Positions 21,721 to 32,173 of a DNA stretch of 64,000 nt are shown here, piece by piece; the stretch's first letter is position 1, and each line of letters opens with the position of its first letter. This DNA is from Candidatus Sedimenticola sp. (ex Thyasira tokunagai) (GTDB taxonomy: Bacteria; Pseudomonadota; Gammaproteobacteria; Chromatiales; Chromatiaceae): NCBI GenBank assembly GCA_037318855.1, contig CP134874.1, positions 184,598 to 248,597 of the forward strand, in the 5' to 3' direction. Position numbers and translations under genes: made by a program. The notes beneath the pieces were generated by a model. It had not been told where the DNA came from. It searched no databases and saw only the letters and a list, made by a program, of their open reading frames with translations.

Positions 21721-22530
21721 ATGCTGGTGGTCATGCACCGACTGTTGATACTTCTGCTGCTGATCTATTGCTCCACACTACCTGCCGCTGTCTATAAGTG
21801 GGTGGATGAGGCAGGGCGTGTTCACTACTCCGATCAACCTGCACCGGGGGCTGAAGAGATCAAGCTGCCCGAGCCTTCCGTCTATACTCCACGCAGTGTC
21901 GGCGGCATTGGTGGCATGGCGGGTGCCAAGGGTAAGAAGAGTGCTATCTATCAGAGCTTCAGCATCACCTCGCCGGCTAATCAGGCTACCTTCCGTACCA
22001 AAGAGGCTCAGGTCACTGCAAAATTTTCGCTTACCCCAAGACTACGTCCGGGGCATGCCATCCGGCTGACAATGGACGGTCGGGTGGTGAGCCAACGTCT
22101 GACGCGTCTGCAGCTGGATCTGGGTACGGTGAGCAGGGGAAGTCATCGGCTCCAGGCGACGGTTATCGACAAAAAGGGTCAGCAGATGATCAGTGCATCT
22201 CCGGTTCAGTTTTTTGTTCATATTGATGCGGGTGATGCGTCAGAGGCAGCGGAATCCGGCAGTAGTGATGATAGAGATGTCGATGCCCCCCAGTATGAGC
22301 CCGATGATCCAACGGATTTTGAAAATAGTGCGGGCCACACGGAAGGTCGGGATGCTTCAGATTTCAGTAATGATGCTGATTATACGGAAGGTCGCGACGC
22401 TTCTGATTTCGATAATGATTCAGATTACACGAAAGGTCGGGATGCTTCTGACTTCCAGACACCCGCCAATCCCAGCTATGCCCCTCAAACACCGGGCACC
22501 AGAAACCCTGCGTTTACCCCCTCTTACTGA
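21721..22530 (+). CDS. DUF4124-type exported protein with acidic 15-aa tandem repeats
   Basis: Signal peptide, VYKWVDEAGRVHYSDQP motif, Ig-like middle, TEGRDASDF repeats. Confidence 0.8.
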   Translation: MLVVMHRLLILLLLIYCSTLPAAVYKWVDEAGRVHYSDQPAPGAEEIKLPEPSVYTPRSVGGIGGMAGAKGKKSAIYQSFSITSPANQATFRTKEAQVTAKFSLTPRLRPGHAIRLTMDGRVVSQRLTRLQLDLGTVSRGSHRLQATVIDKKGQQMISASPVQFFVHIDAGDASEAAESGSSDDRDVDAPQYEPDDPTDFENSAGHTEGRDASDFSNDADYTEGRDASDFDNDSDYTKGRDASDFQTPANPSYAPQTPGTRNPAFTPSY

Positions 22531-22558
22531 TCGCTACAGCTGTTAATTTGCCCATGCG

Positions 22559-22575
22559 TGCACTATATTGGTGCA
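22559..22575. promoter_or_regulatory. NtrC binding site upstream of ntrB
   Basis: TGCACTATATTGGTGCA. Confidence 0.85.
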
Positions 22576-22724
22576 TAACGGCTTTGGTTTAGCGACAGGA
22601 TGGTGAACCTCTCAATTCATCCACGCCTCCCCCCGATTCTCTTGTGAGCGCTCTTCGGGTCATAGCGTCTCTCCGTCGTGCCACTAGGGTCCGATTTGGT
22701 GTGTTTATTGCAATTTACGGTGTA

Positions 22725-23816
22725 ATGGAAATCAGCGACTCATCAACACAACAGAAACAGCGGATACTGGACAACCTTAGCAGTGCTGTCCTGCTGTTCG
22801 ATGGTGAACTCAGATTGCAGTACATGAATCCTGCAGCAGAGGTAATGCTTGCGGTCAGTAATCAGCATGTGGCGGGTCTAAAGGTGGATCAGTTGATCCA
22901 CTGTCCCGACGACAACGGGCCCTCCCATCTGCAACGGGCGATTGAGACAGGCCGTACGTTTACCGAGCGGGAGTTGAACCTGTGGCTACCCGGTAGGCGA
23001 AGGATCACTATTAACTGCACGGTGATCCCGGTCACCGATAGTGAGGGAGAGGTTGGTATTCTGCTGGATATACAGCAGATGGACCGTCAGCTGCGCATCA
23101 GTCAGGAAGAGCATCTCCTCTCCCAACATCAGGCGGCAAGAGAGCTGGTGCGTGGCCTGGCTCACGAAATCAAGAATCCCCTTGGCGGTTTGCGCGGTGC
23201 GGCACAACTGCTGGAGAGAGAGCTGGGAGATCCCTCCCTCTGTGAATATACCCAGATCATTATCGACGAAGCGGATCGCCTGCAGGCGCTGGTCAACCGT
23301 ATGCTGGGACCGAATCGATTACCGGAGCTGAAGAGAGTGGATATCCACCGGCTGTTGGAGCGGGTACGCAACCTGGTGGAGGTGGAGTCCGGCGAGCTGT
23401 TGCGGATCGAACGTGACTATGACCCGAGTATTCCCGAGGTTACGGTCGACAGTGACACTATTATACAGGCGCTTCTGAATATCCTGCGCAATGCCGCCAA
23501 GGCAATAAGTGACAGGGAAGATGGCCACATCATCCTGAGGAGCCGTATCCTTCGCCAGTTCACCATCGGCGGCCGGCGACACCGCCTGGTGACGCAGATT
23601 GGTATCGAAGACAACGGCCCCGGTATTCCAGAGCATATCCGGGACAACCTCTTCTACCCCATGGTTACCGCCGGCGAGGGTGGCATGGGCCTTGGTCTCT
23701 CTATTGCCCAGTCGTTGATCAATCAGCACGGCGGACTGGTGGAGTGCACCAGCGAACCGGGCAAGACCCTTTTCAACGTACTGATACCGGTGGTAAATGA
23801 AAATGCCAATAGTTAA
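22725..23816 (+). CDS. glnL: Nitrogen regulation sensor kinase NtrB
   Basis: PAS + GLAHEIKNPLGGLRGAAQLL; start taken at ATG 22725. Confidence 0.95.
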   Translation: MEISDSSTQQKQRILDNLSSAVLLFDGELRLQYMNPAAEVMLAVSNQHVAGLKVDQLIHCPDDNGPSHLQRAIETGRTFTERELNLWLPGRRRITINCTVIPVTDSEGEVGILLDIQQMDRQLRISQEEHLLSQHQAARELVRGLAHEIKNPLGGLRGAAQLLERELGDPSLCEYTQIIIDEADRLQALVNRMLGPNRLPELKRVDIHRLLERVRNLVEVESGELLRIERDYDPSIPEVTVDSDTIIQALLNILRNAAKAISDREDGHIILRSRILRQFTIGGRRHRLVTQIGIEDNGPGIPEHIRDNLFYPMVTAGEGGMGLGLSIAQSLINQHGGLVECTSEPGKTLFNVLIPVVNENANS

Positions 23817-25206
23817 TAGTGTCTGGGTCATCGATGACGACCGTTCAATCCGCTGGGTACTGGAGAAGGCGTTTGAAAAGGCGGGTATGGATGTCACCTG
23901 CTTTCCCAGTGCAGACGGTGTCCTTGAGGTGCTTCTGCACAAACAGCCGGATGTAGTGGTCTCTGATGTACGTATGCCGGGGATGGATGGACTCTCCCTG
24001 TTACAGCGCATCAACGAGGACTATCCCGAGTTGCCGGTGATTATCATGACCGCCCACTCCGATCTCGATAGTGCGGTAGCTGCCTTTCACAGAGGCGCCT
24101 TTGAGTACCTGCCCAAGCCCTTCGATGTCGATGAGGCGGTGGAGCAGGTACAGCGTGCCTGCCGCAAGAGTGGTGCCGGTGCTCAGGATGTTGAGAGTGA
24201 GGTGCTTGAGCAGACAGAAATCATCGGTGAAGCGCCAGCGATGCAGGAGGTGTTTCGCGCCATCGGGCGGCTGGCACGCTCCAATATCACTGTGTTGATC
24301 AACGGTGAGTCGGGCACCGGCAAGGAGCTGGTCGCCCAGGCCCTGCACCGTCACAGTCCGCGTTCGGAGCAACCGTTTATCGCCCTCAATATGGCGGCGA
24401 TACCAAAAGATCTGATGGAGTCTGAACTGTTTGGCCATGAGCGTGGGGCGTTTACCGGTGCCCAGGGTCGGCGGGTTGGTCGTTTTGAACAGGCTGACGG
24501 TGGCACACTCTTTCTCGATGAGATCGGCGATATGCCACCTGAATTGCAGACACGGTTATTGCGGGTATTGGCTGATGGCGAGTTCTACCGGGTCGGTGGC
24601 CACGAACCGGTAAAGGTGGATGTGCGGATCATCGCGGCCACCCATCAAAATCTGGAGCAGCTGGTTAGTCAGGGGCACTTCCGCGAGGATCTGTTTCACC
24701 GTCTCAATGTCATCCGTATCCATATCCCTTCCCTGCGTGAACGACGTGAGGATATCGCTCTGCTGATGCGCCACTTTCTTAGTCGGGCGGCGTCTGAACT
24801 TGGCGTTGAGAGTAAAATCGCTCTGCCCGAAACCCTGGAAGAGTTGGAGCGTTTCTCCTGGCCAGGCAATGTACGACAACTGGAGAACACCGCTCGCTGG
24901 CTTACTGTCATGGCTTCAAGCAGGGAGATCCATGTGGAGGATCTGCCGCCGGAACTGCAAGAGACCGGTACTGTGGTGGAGCAGGGCGATGACTGGCAGG
25001 GTGCCCTGCGTAACTGGGCCAGACAGCGGCTACAGCAAGGAGAGCGGGGTCTGTTGGAGACGGCGCTACCGGCTTTTGAGACGGCGATGATCGAAATAGC
25101 ACTTGAGCAAACTGGTGGCAGAAAGCAGGATGCAGCCAAGCTCTTGGGGTGGGGTAGAAACACCCTGACCAGAAAGCTCAAGGAGCTTAACCTGGAAATA
25201 GAGTGA
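23797..25206 (+). CDS. glnG: Nitrogen regulation response regulator NtrC
   Basis: REC, GESGTGKE, GAFTGA, Fis-type HTH GWGRNTLTRK. Confidence 0.97.
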   Translation: MKMPIVNSVWVIDDDRSIRWVLEKAFEKAGMDVTCFPSADGVLEVLLHKQPDVVVSDVRMPGMDGLSLLQRINEDYPELPVIIMTAHSDLDSAVAAFHRGAFEYLPKPFDVDEAVEQVQRACRKSGAGAQDVESEVLEQTEIIGEAPAMQEVFRAIGRLARSNITVLINGESGTGKELVAQALHRHSPRSEQPFIALNMAAIPKDLMESELFGHERGAFTGAQGRRVGRFEQADGGTLFLDEIGDMPPELQTRLLRVLADGEFYRVGGHEPVKVDVRIIAATHQNLEQLVSQGHFREDLFHRLNVIRIHIPSLRERREDIALLMRHFLSRAASELGVESKIALPETLEELERFSWPGNVRQLENTARWLTVMASSREIHVEDLPPELQETGTVVEQGDDWQGALRNWARQRLQQGERGLLETALPAFETAMIEIALEQTGGRKQDAAKLLGWGRNTLTRKLKELNLEIE

Positions 25207-25570
25207 CAGCAGTTGATATGGCAGCGAGAGCCACGGAACAGGGAGATGCTAAATTGTTTCCTGATTACTCATGAGATTTGGCCAGTAATCGTTTAGATAA
25301 CAACCGGTAAATATTCCCGTTCATAGGCGTTTATTCACGGCTAAGTAGAGCCCAGAGTTTTCTACTATGAGCTGAGTATCATGGGCATGGGTAACCAGGA
25401 ATAGTTTTGGTAGGGCTAGGGTAATCCTGAGGAGATGGACTAAAGTAGTTACATAAGCAGCCGTAAATCGAATCAGGTCTATCAAAGACCGAAGGGTACG
25501 GGGTAAGCATAATGACTCCAAGGCAGCGATCCATAGATAACAATAATCTCGCCGTAGCAGATAATAAAAA

Positions 25571-27826
25571 ATGCGTAATTTAAGCCTCAGTAAAGCCTCC
25601 CTTCTGCTTAATGCCATTGTTTTTTGTGCCCTTGCTATGGTGCTTTTCGGTATTATCCAGCTGAAAAGCCATATCGAACTGGTGGGGGACGCCTGGCTGC
25701 AGTTTGAGAAGGAGCGTGCAGAGAAGGTACGGCTGGAAAATGCACTCCGTTCAGCTCTCGGCTACGGCGGCATGGTGCACGATTATAAAAACTATATCCT
25801 TCGTGGTGGCAATCACCGGATCAACAGCGTCAACGAGAAAATCGGCGCCGCTCGAACTATTCTTAAGCAGTATGAAGCCCAAGGTACCACCCAAGGTGAA
25901 TCAGTCGCAATTGATGATATTCGTACGGTCCTTGATCAGTATGCACTCTCCATCAAGTCGGTACAGACAGAAAAAATGTTTGGCAGCGTATCGCTTGGTA
26001 AGTTAGGTGGCTCTCAGAAGATTGATGACGAACTGGCGGTTCGCGGTCTCGAGACGCTGCGCCAGGAGGGCAAGGAGAAGAGGAAGGGCGTACAGGAGAA
26101 GCAAAGTAAAGCAGAGCTGTCTGCGGCGCTACGTTCAACCGTCGGTTTCGGCGGCATGATTCACCACTTTAAAAACTATGTCCTACGCCAGGAGCCAGAG
26201 TCGGGAGCCTGGGCAAAAGAGAAGATAAGCCAGGCACTCTCTATTATCAGCGCCTATAGGCAGGCTGAAATCACGCGTGCGGAAGAGGTTGCTCTAGTCG
26301 ATATTGAGATAATGCTGAAAAATTACCGGGAGGGTATTGGGCGGGTGGTTAAATTGACTGCTGAAAATGCCGATATCCAGAAGCTGGACCGTGCCGTAAA
26401 AGTAGATGACAGCTACGCTATTCGTGGGTTTGTCACCCTCGATAGGGAGGTGGCTCGTTCCATTGAGTCCAGCTCGGGTGCGGTGACCGATACTATGGAA
26501 AAAATCGGTGGTATCGAGGCGTTCACCCTCTGGTCACTGTTGATCGGTGCAGCCACTACCGGTCTGTTTATACTCTGGCTGATTCATGGCCATGTAGTTT
26601 TGCCGATCAAAAAACTCTCCCGTGCCATGCATGAAATGGCAGGCGGGAAGCTAAAAATCACTATTCCTGAAATTGACCGCTCCAACGAAATCGGAGAGAT
26701 GGCACGCAGTATGGAGTTCTTCCGGGTTGAGGCGGTGAATCGGCGCAAGGCGGAGAAGCTGCTGGCGGAGAGAAATGAGGAGGTGCGGGAGCAGTTGCAG
26801 ACAGTGCAGGAGTTGCGTGAGCGTAGCGACAAGCAGGCAGGGCAGGCTATCGCTCTGGCGGAAGGGTTGACCACGGCACGTGAGGATACCGAGAAGGCGG
26901 TACGGCGGGCCGAGGCGGATGAGCATCGCATTCGTGCCATTCTCGACACCGTTAAAGATGCCATCATCACCGCTGATGAGAAGGGTACCATCGAGACATT
27001 TAATCCTGGGGCATCGGCTATTTTCGGCTATCAAGCGGACGAGGTGATTGGGCGTAATGTCTCTATACTGATGCCGGAGCCGATGCGCTCAGAACATGAT
27101 GGCTATCTGCAACGCTACCAGAGTGGTGCTCCGGCAAGACTGGTAGGGCAGACAGTGGAGCAGAAGGGGGAGCATCGGGACGGTACAGTGTTCCCGATTG
27201 ACTTGGGTATCGGCGTTATGCTGATCGATGGTAAGCGTAAATTCACCGGTGTTATCCGCGATATCACCGATCGCAAGCTGGCCGAGGAGGAGGTGCGCCG
27301 CATGGCAATGACTGATCCCCTCACCGGTCTGGCCAATCGTAACCGCTTCCACTCCTCTCTGGAGGAGGCGTTCAAAATGGCTGAGCGCAGAAAGTGGCAG
27401 GTGGCTCTGATTAGTCTTGATCTCGACAAATTCAAGCCGGTTAACGACACCCATGGTCACCAGGTGGGAGATAAATTGCTTGAGCAGGTGGCTGTACGGT
27501 TGTTAAAGATCTCCCGTGAAACAGACACGGTGGCACGTCTCGGTGGTGACGAATTCTCCGTCATCCTGGTTAATGTCGTAGACCAGGAGGCGACACAGAT
27601 CCCGGCTCAGCGGATGCTCGATGAGATCGCAAAACCCTTTGTCATTAATGGGCAGTGGCTGGAGATTGGTACCAGTATCGGAGTTGCCATCTACCCGAGA
27701 GATGCCGCTGATCCCGAGGCACTGATACGATGCTCCGATCTGGCGCTCTATGCCGCCAAAGAGGGTGGACGAAATCGCTACTGCCACTACAGCAGTGAGA
27801 TGGAAGCGGAAAGCGAGAAGGTTTGA
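25571..27826 (+). CDS. Diguanylate cyclase (duplicated periplasmic sensor, HAMP, PAS, GGDEF)
   Basis: Intact RETD...RLGGDEF; PAS IETFNPGASAIFGY; two TM segments. Confidence 0.92.
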   Translation: MRNLSLSKASLLLNAIVFCALAMVLFGIIQLKSHIELVGDAWLQFEKERAEKVRLENALRSALGYGGMVHDYKNYILRGGNHRINSVNEKIGAARTILKQYEAQGTTQGESVAIDDIRTVLDQYALSIKSVQTEKMFGSVSLGKLGGSQKIDDELAVRGLETLRQEGKEKRKGVQEKQSKAELSAALRSTVGFGGMIHHFKNYVLRQEPESGAWAKEKISQALSIISAYRQAEITRAEEVALVDIEIMLKNYREGIGRVVKLTAENADIQKLDRAVKVDDSYAIRGFVTLDREVARSIESSSGAVTDTMEKIGGIEAFTLWSLLIGAATTGLFILWLIHGHVVLPIKKLSRAMHEMAGGKLKITIPEIDRSNEIGEMARSMEFFRVEAVNRRKAEKLLAERNEEVREQLQTVQELRERSDKQAGQAIALAEGLTTAREDTEKAVRRAEADEHRIRAILDTVKDAIITADEKGTIETFNPGASAIFGYQADEVIGRNVSILMPEPMRSEHDGYLQRYQSGAPARLVGQTVEQKGEHRDGTVFPIDLGIGVMLIDGKRKFTGVIRDITDRKLAEEEVRRMAMTDPLTGLANRNRFHSSLEEAFKMAERRKWQVALISLDLDKFKPVNDTHGHQVGDKLLEQVAVRLLKISRETDTVARLGGDEFSVILVNVVDQEATQIPAQRMLDEIAKPFVINGQWLEIGTSIGVAIYPRDAADPEALIRCSDLALYAAKEGGRNRYCHYSSEMEAESEKV

Positions 27827-27827
27827 C

Positions 27828-28784
27828 GTGCTGAATTTTGTCGATAAAATCCGTCGTCATGCAGCCGTTGCCAAAGGCAACTTCAGCAGCATGTTCGGAG
27901 AGATTGAGATACCGCCATTACCAGCGGCGATATCCCGGCTGGTGACTGAAATCGGCAAGGAAGAGCCGGATATGCAGCAGCTCGGCCAAATGGTGGCAGC
28001 GACGCCTGAGATCTCCATGAAAATCCTACAGACGGTCAACTCTGCACTCTTTTTTCTACCCAATCCGGTTAACAGTGTCACCCATGCGGTTACTCTGCTG
28101 GGACTTAAGCGTATCCGCCCCCTGATCCTCTCCTTCGCCACGGCCCACTCCCTGCCGACACCACCGGGCGAGTTGTTTGAGCAGCAGGTGTTCTGGTCCG
28201 ATTCACTGCTTAAGGCACTTATCGCACGCGCTTTTGCCGATAGCCACTGCCCGGATGATCGGGAGGATGCTTTTACCGCCATGTTGCTGGCCGACATAGC
28301 ACTGCCGGTTCTTCTCACCTCCTGGAGTGAGTATTACCAACCGGTGGTGAGACGTTGGCGGGGGGCGGGTGAACGCCTCTCCCGGTTGGAGCGAGACAGC
28401 TTCCAGTGGGATCATGCCCAGGCAGGAGCCTGGATTCTCCAGGATTGGGGCTTTCCTGAGGAGCTGGTCTGCTTTGTCGGACTGCACAATGCAGATGGTG
28501 ATACTGTAAGGGAGTTTGAACTGCAGGAGAGCGCCGCCTTGCCGGTGGCCGTTGCGGCAATGGCGCCCGGCTGTCTCAATCCTGACCCTGTGCGGGCGCG
28601 GGCAATGCTGGAGGCTGCAGCGAGAGAGTTTCAGCTGACAGAGACAAGGCTTCAGGAGAAAGTTATGGAGATTCGTATGGGTTTTGGTGAGATCTGTAGC
28701 CTTTTCGATATTATCCAAGGCGAGGGGGGCGCCACACTGGACCTGCTGGATAGGGTGCTGCTGGAGATGGTGGAGGAGGCATGA
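27828..28784 (+). CDS. HDOD domain protein
   Basis: IPPLP...VNSALF...HAVTLLG...DHAQAGAWILQDWGFP; GTG start 1 nt after DGC stop. Confidence 0.85.
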   Translation: MLNFVDKIRRHAAVAKGNFSSMFGEIEIPPLPAAISRLVTEIGKEEPDMQQLGQMVAATPEISMKILQTVNSALFFLPNPVNSVTHAVTLLGLKRIRPLILSFATAHSLPTPPGELFEQQVFWSDSLLKALIARAFADSHCPDDREDAFTAMLLADIALPVLLTSWSEYYQPVVRRWRGAGERLSRLERDSFQWDHAQAGAWILQDWGFPEELVCFVGLHNADGDTVREFELQESAALPVAVAAMAPGCLNPDPVRARAMLEAAAREFQLTETRLQEKVMEIRMGFGEICSLFDIIQGEGGATLDLLDRVLLEMVEEA

Positions 28785-29515
28785 GGGAAAAGCAACAGGC
28801 CCCGGATAAAGCACATGGCGGAGAGCCACAGAGGAGCCGGCTGTTTCGCTTTGTCTCATTTATTACCCATATCCAGTTGGGCTATCTGCTCCGGGATGGA
28901 CGACATCCGAAAATGGCGGTTAGGTTGTTTGTCTTTATCGAGGCCGTCTCCGCTCTGGCTATCATCAGTACTACCGCCTATCTGATCGATCTGCCTCTGC
29001 TGTTTCCACCGCTGGGTCCCTCGGCTTTTATTCTCTTTTTTACCCCGCTGGCGAGAACAGCCGCTCCACGCTCGGTACTTCTTGCCCACAGTATGGGGTT
29101 GTTTGTCGGTCTGGCAATGGTCGGGCTCTTTTCCCTGCTCTTTCCCGATGCCGCTCTGTCGCCGGGTGACAGCCTCAACTGGGCACGCATTGCCACCCTC
29201 TCGTTGGCGATGGGAGTAGCCAGTCTGGGGATGATCCTTTTCCATTGTGAGCATCCCCCGGCCGCAGCCACTACACTGATTGCCGCCATGGGCTTTATCG
29301 ACAGTCATACTCAGGTGTTCGGTTATCTGGTGGCGGTGTTGCTGCTGATTCTCCAGGCGATAATTTTCAACCGTATGATGGGTGGGCTTCCCTTCCCGCT
29401 TTGGAACTTTTCACCTGAGGCGGCGCGCCAGTACCCGGATCTTGCCGGTCTGAGTGATCGTGAGATCACTAGTCGAGACAAGATACAGGAGCGGATTTTT
29501 CGGCGTCAGAAGTGA
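28781..29515 (+). CDS. HPP family membrane protein
   Basis: PPLGPSAFILF and EHPPAAAT motifs. Confidence 0.85.
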   Translation: MREKQQAPDKAHGGEPQRSRLFRFVSFITHIQLGYLLRDGRHPKMAVRLFVFIEAVSALAIISTTAYLIDLPLLFPPLGPSAFILFFTPLARTAAPRSVLLAHSMGLFVGLAMVGLFSLLFPDAALSPGDSLNWARIATLSLAMGVASLGMILFHCEHPPAAATTLIAAMGFIDSHTQVFGYLVAVLLLILQAIIFNRMMGGLPFPLWNFSPEAARQYPDLAGLSDREITSRDKIQERIFRRQK

Positions 29516-29606
29516 TAAACCCTCTGCTGTAGAGGGCTGCTTTAGCTTAGCGACAGGGTATAATCACCCACCGCTTTTTTATTGAACAACCGTAGGCAAA
29601 ACAGAG

Positions 29607-30002
29607 ATGGATAGCAGCAGTATTGAACTTAACGGCTCAGAGGTGGAGAGCATCCAGGTTGATGACGGCAGAGTAGTCCTGCGTCTCTCCCGCGCCATCA
29701 TCATAAAAACTATCAGTGGCTCCACCGAACGTACCCGCTGGTGGCAGGCCGGTGAGCTGATCTTTGAAGGAGCAGAAGTGGAGGGAGAGCTGCCTGAATG
29801 CCCCACAGTCTGTGCCGGTGGTGACGTGGGTGAAAACGTCTACACCTATCGTGACATGATCCCCGTCCCGCTTGAGAGCCGGGGTCACGCCCACTGTGAT
29901 CTACGTTTTGAGGGCAGTGACGTACATCTTCTGGTTACGGGGGAGGGAGTTAAATTGAAAATGGATGACCGGCCTCGATATATCGATCATATTCGCTCGT
30001 AA
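29607..30002 (+). CDS. Hypothetical protein
   Basis: 131-aa ORF with RBS-like GAG and host-like codon usage; no motif recognised. Confidence 0.65.
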   Translation: MDSSSIELNGSEVESIQVDDGRVVLRLSRAIIIKTISGSTERTRWWQAGELIFEGAEVEGELPECPTVCAGGDVGENVYTYRDMIPVPLESRGHAHCDLRFEGSDVHLLVTGEGVKLKMDDRPRYIDHIRS

Positions 30003-30009
30003 GCAGTAT

Positions 30010-30254
30010 TCAACCTAGAATCCTCAGTTGGGCAGGGTGGAGAGTGCACTTGCGGTGGCGCAGTACAAGGCACAACGACGAGGAATAGTTGTTCTATTCC
30101 AAGGAGTTGTAACGCTGTAATGTGCCGCCTCAAGTGTGCTATCCGCCCTGTAGCGTAATTCACCCGGAGAGTGAAATAGGCAATCGCAGTCACTGCAATA
30201 AAAATCAATACGTTGCCCGCAGAATGGAGCGGTCAACTGAGGATTCTAGGTTCA
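30010..30254 (-). mobile_element. MITE-like element, copy 1 (245 bp)
   Basis: 19-bp terminal IR AACCTAGAATCCTCAGTTG; near-identical inverted copy at 38064-38308. Confidence 0.85.
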
Positions 30255-30281
30255 TCAAGGGGGGTGGAAACACAGCGGTGC

Positions 30282-30809
30282 TCACATCCCCAGTGCGCGG
30301 ATCGGTACCAACAGCCGGGGATCATCCCACTCCCGCCGACCCATGGCCATGTAGTTGATATGCCCCTCTGGATCGATGACAAAAGTGGCGGGATAGCTGT
30401 AGACGCCCCAATCAACGGCGGTGGCTGCGTCCCGGTCGAGAAGTACCGGAAAACCGACCGGCGCTTTAGCGAGGTAGCGGGCAACCCGCTCACGCTTTTC
30501 ACCCACATTGATTGAGATCAGGCGGCCATCGAACCGTTCAAGCCACTTTGCCGCCCGTTCCAGGGAGGGCATCTCCTCGCGGCAGGGACCACACCAGGTG
30601 GCCCAGAAGTTGATTACCAGCACTTTACCGCGGAAGTCAGAGAGGTTGACCTCTTCACCGCTCATCTCCTGCAGTGAGAAGGGCGGCGCCAGGGGTTGTT
30701 CATTCACCGGCATCAGCGTCTGTTGTGCTGTAGCAGGGAGAGTGAATAGCAGAAGTAGGGGGAGAAACCGGGCTTGTAGGCGGTGGAGTTGTCGTTTGCA
30801 AATAGACAT
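30282..30809 (-). CDS. TlpA-family thiol-disulfide oxidoreductase
   Basis: NFWATWCGPCREEMP. Confidence 0.9.
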   Translation of the reverse strand: MSICKRQLHRLQARFLPLLLLFTLPATAQQTLMPVNEQPLAPPFSLQEMSGEEVNLSDFRGKVLVINFWATWCGPCREEMPSLERAAKWLERFDGRLISINVGEKRERVARYLAKAPVGFPVLLDRDAATAVDWGVYSYPATFVIDPEGHINYMAMGRREWDDPRLLVPIRALGM

Positions 30810-32056
30810 CAGAAGTTAAGTAAAGCCTCTTTCTGTGTGATTCTATCCTCGGCCTGTTCCAAAATTTCCAGGCTCATCTTTGGCGTCAAGCCACCCAATT
30901 TCAGTCGTTTCAGGGCAGGTATTTGGTCGATGGCGGGGAGAGAGTGTGCCCGATCAGTTCCAACCAGGCTGTGCAGTTGTGCAACGACCACCAGATCGCA
31001 ATAGTCTGGCTTATGCCCCTTGTTACGCATCCACTCTTCAGCCTCCAGAGCGGTAACGATAAAGTCAGTTGCGAACCCCCACTTACGCAGGATCATTCCG
31101 CCGGTCTGGGCGCGCAGGCTATCAATTGCGTGGTCAACTGTTGCTGGTTGCAGCTCTTCAGAATGGTAACCCTCTATGTAGTTGAGTACAGCGACGATAC
31201 CGATATCATGCATTAGCCCGGCGAGCATGGCGTGCTCGGGGTCGAAGCGCTTGGTGATTTCAGCTAAAACACTACAGATGGCGGCAACATGGGTGCTGTG
31301 TTTCCAAAGCGCTTTCATGCGCTTCTGCAATAGTATTGAGCGGGACTTGAAGAGGTCACGTAGGGTATAGGTGAGCACCAGCTTATGGGTGAGGTCGTTG
31401 CCAAGTCGTACCACGGCACCAACACAGCTCTCCACCGGTGTGTGGCTGCCATAGAGGGCGCTGTTGGCCGCTTTGATCAGTTTAGCGGTGATCACCGGAT
31501 CACTTTGTATCAGAGCGGCGATATGTTCTGCATCGTTAAGCTCGTCATTGACGGCTTGACCGATTCGCATTGCCACCTCGGGTAGGCTTGGCAGGGTGAC
31601 CTCATCGTTTTCCAAATCTTTGAGGAAACGGCTGGTCAGTTCATTCTCATACTCCGTTGCATCTTCCGTGGCATCTCCACTCACTTCATAGCCTGTGTCT
31701 GTGGGAGTGGGTACATCCAGTAGCAGAACGTTATCGATGCGCAGAATACGAATATTTGTTTGAGCACGGACCTCGTAGCGCCGGGGTCGCAGTCGGGCAA
31801 TGGGGTTGATGGCTGAAGGATCACCAGCGCTGATATGGTTTTTCTTACCGTCCGCCGCCGTCAGCTCAAGTTCGCCCTCCAGCAGTAACAGCGTGTAGTC
31901 GTCATTACTGCCGCGCTGCATGATGGTGGTGCCGGCATCTACAGATTCGATATTGATGGTGCGCGCAAGCTCAACCAGCTGCTTCTGGTCGAGGGCCTGC
32001 AGCGGTTGAAAAATTAGTAACTGTTCAATATCCGGGTGATTAGAGTTGGTATCCAT
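30809..32056 (-). CDS. cNMP-binding domain + HDOD protein
   Basis: N-terminal cyclic-nucleotide-binding-like fold (LLLEGELEL...PRRYEVRAQT), C-terminal HDOD (LPSLPEVA, AGLMHDIG). Confidence 0.85.
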   Translation of the reverse strand: MDTNSNHPDIEQLLIFQPLQALDQKQLVELARTINIESVDAGTTIMQRGSNDDYTLLLLEGELELTAADGKKNHISAGDPSAINPIARLRPRRYEVRAQTNIRILRIDNVLLLDVPTPTDTGYEVSGDATEDATEYENELTSRFLKDLENDEVTLPSLPEVAMRIGQAVNDELNDAEHIAALIQSDPVITAKLIKAANSALYGSHTPVESCVGAVVRLGNDLTHKLVLTYTLRDLFKSRSILLQKRMKALWKHSTHVAAICSVLAEITKRFDPEHAMLAGLMHDIGIVAVLNYIEGYHSEELQPATVDHAIDSLRAQTGGMILRKWGFATDFIVTALEAEEWMRNKGHKPDYCDLVVVAQLHSLVGTDRAHSLPAIDQIPALKRLKLGGLTPKMSLEILEQAEDRITQKEALLNF

Positions 32057-32173
32057 CTTCGACTAGTGGTTAATCCCTTCCTGAATTTAAGCGCTACTGG
32101 ACAAGTTTAGCCGCAAACTGGCAATTGGTCAGCCCATTGGAGAAATTAGCGACTAACATGGTTACTTGATAAA

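Noticed and set aside
22336-22458. 45-bp tandem repeats as a CRISPR array
   Set aside because: No unique spacers, in-frame coding with synonymous variation, and no cas genes.
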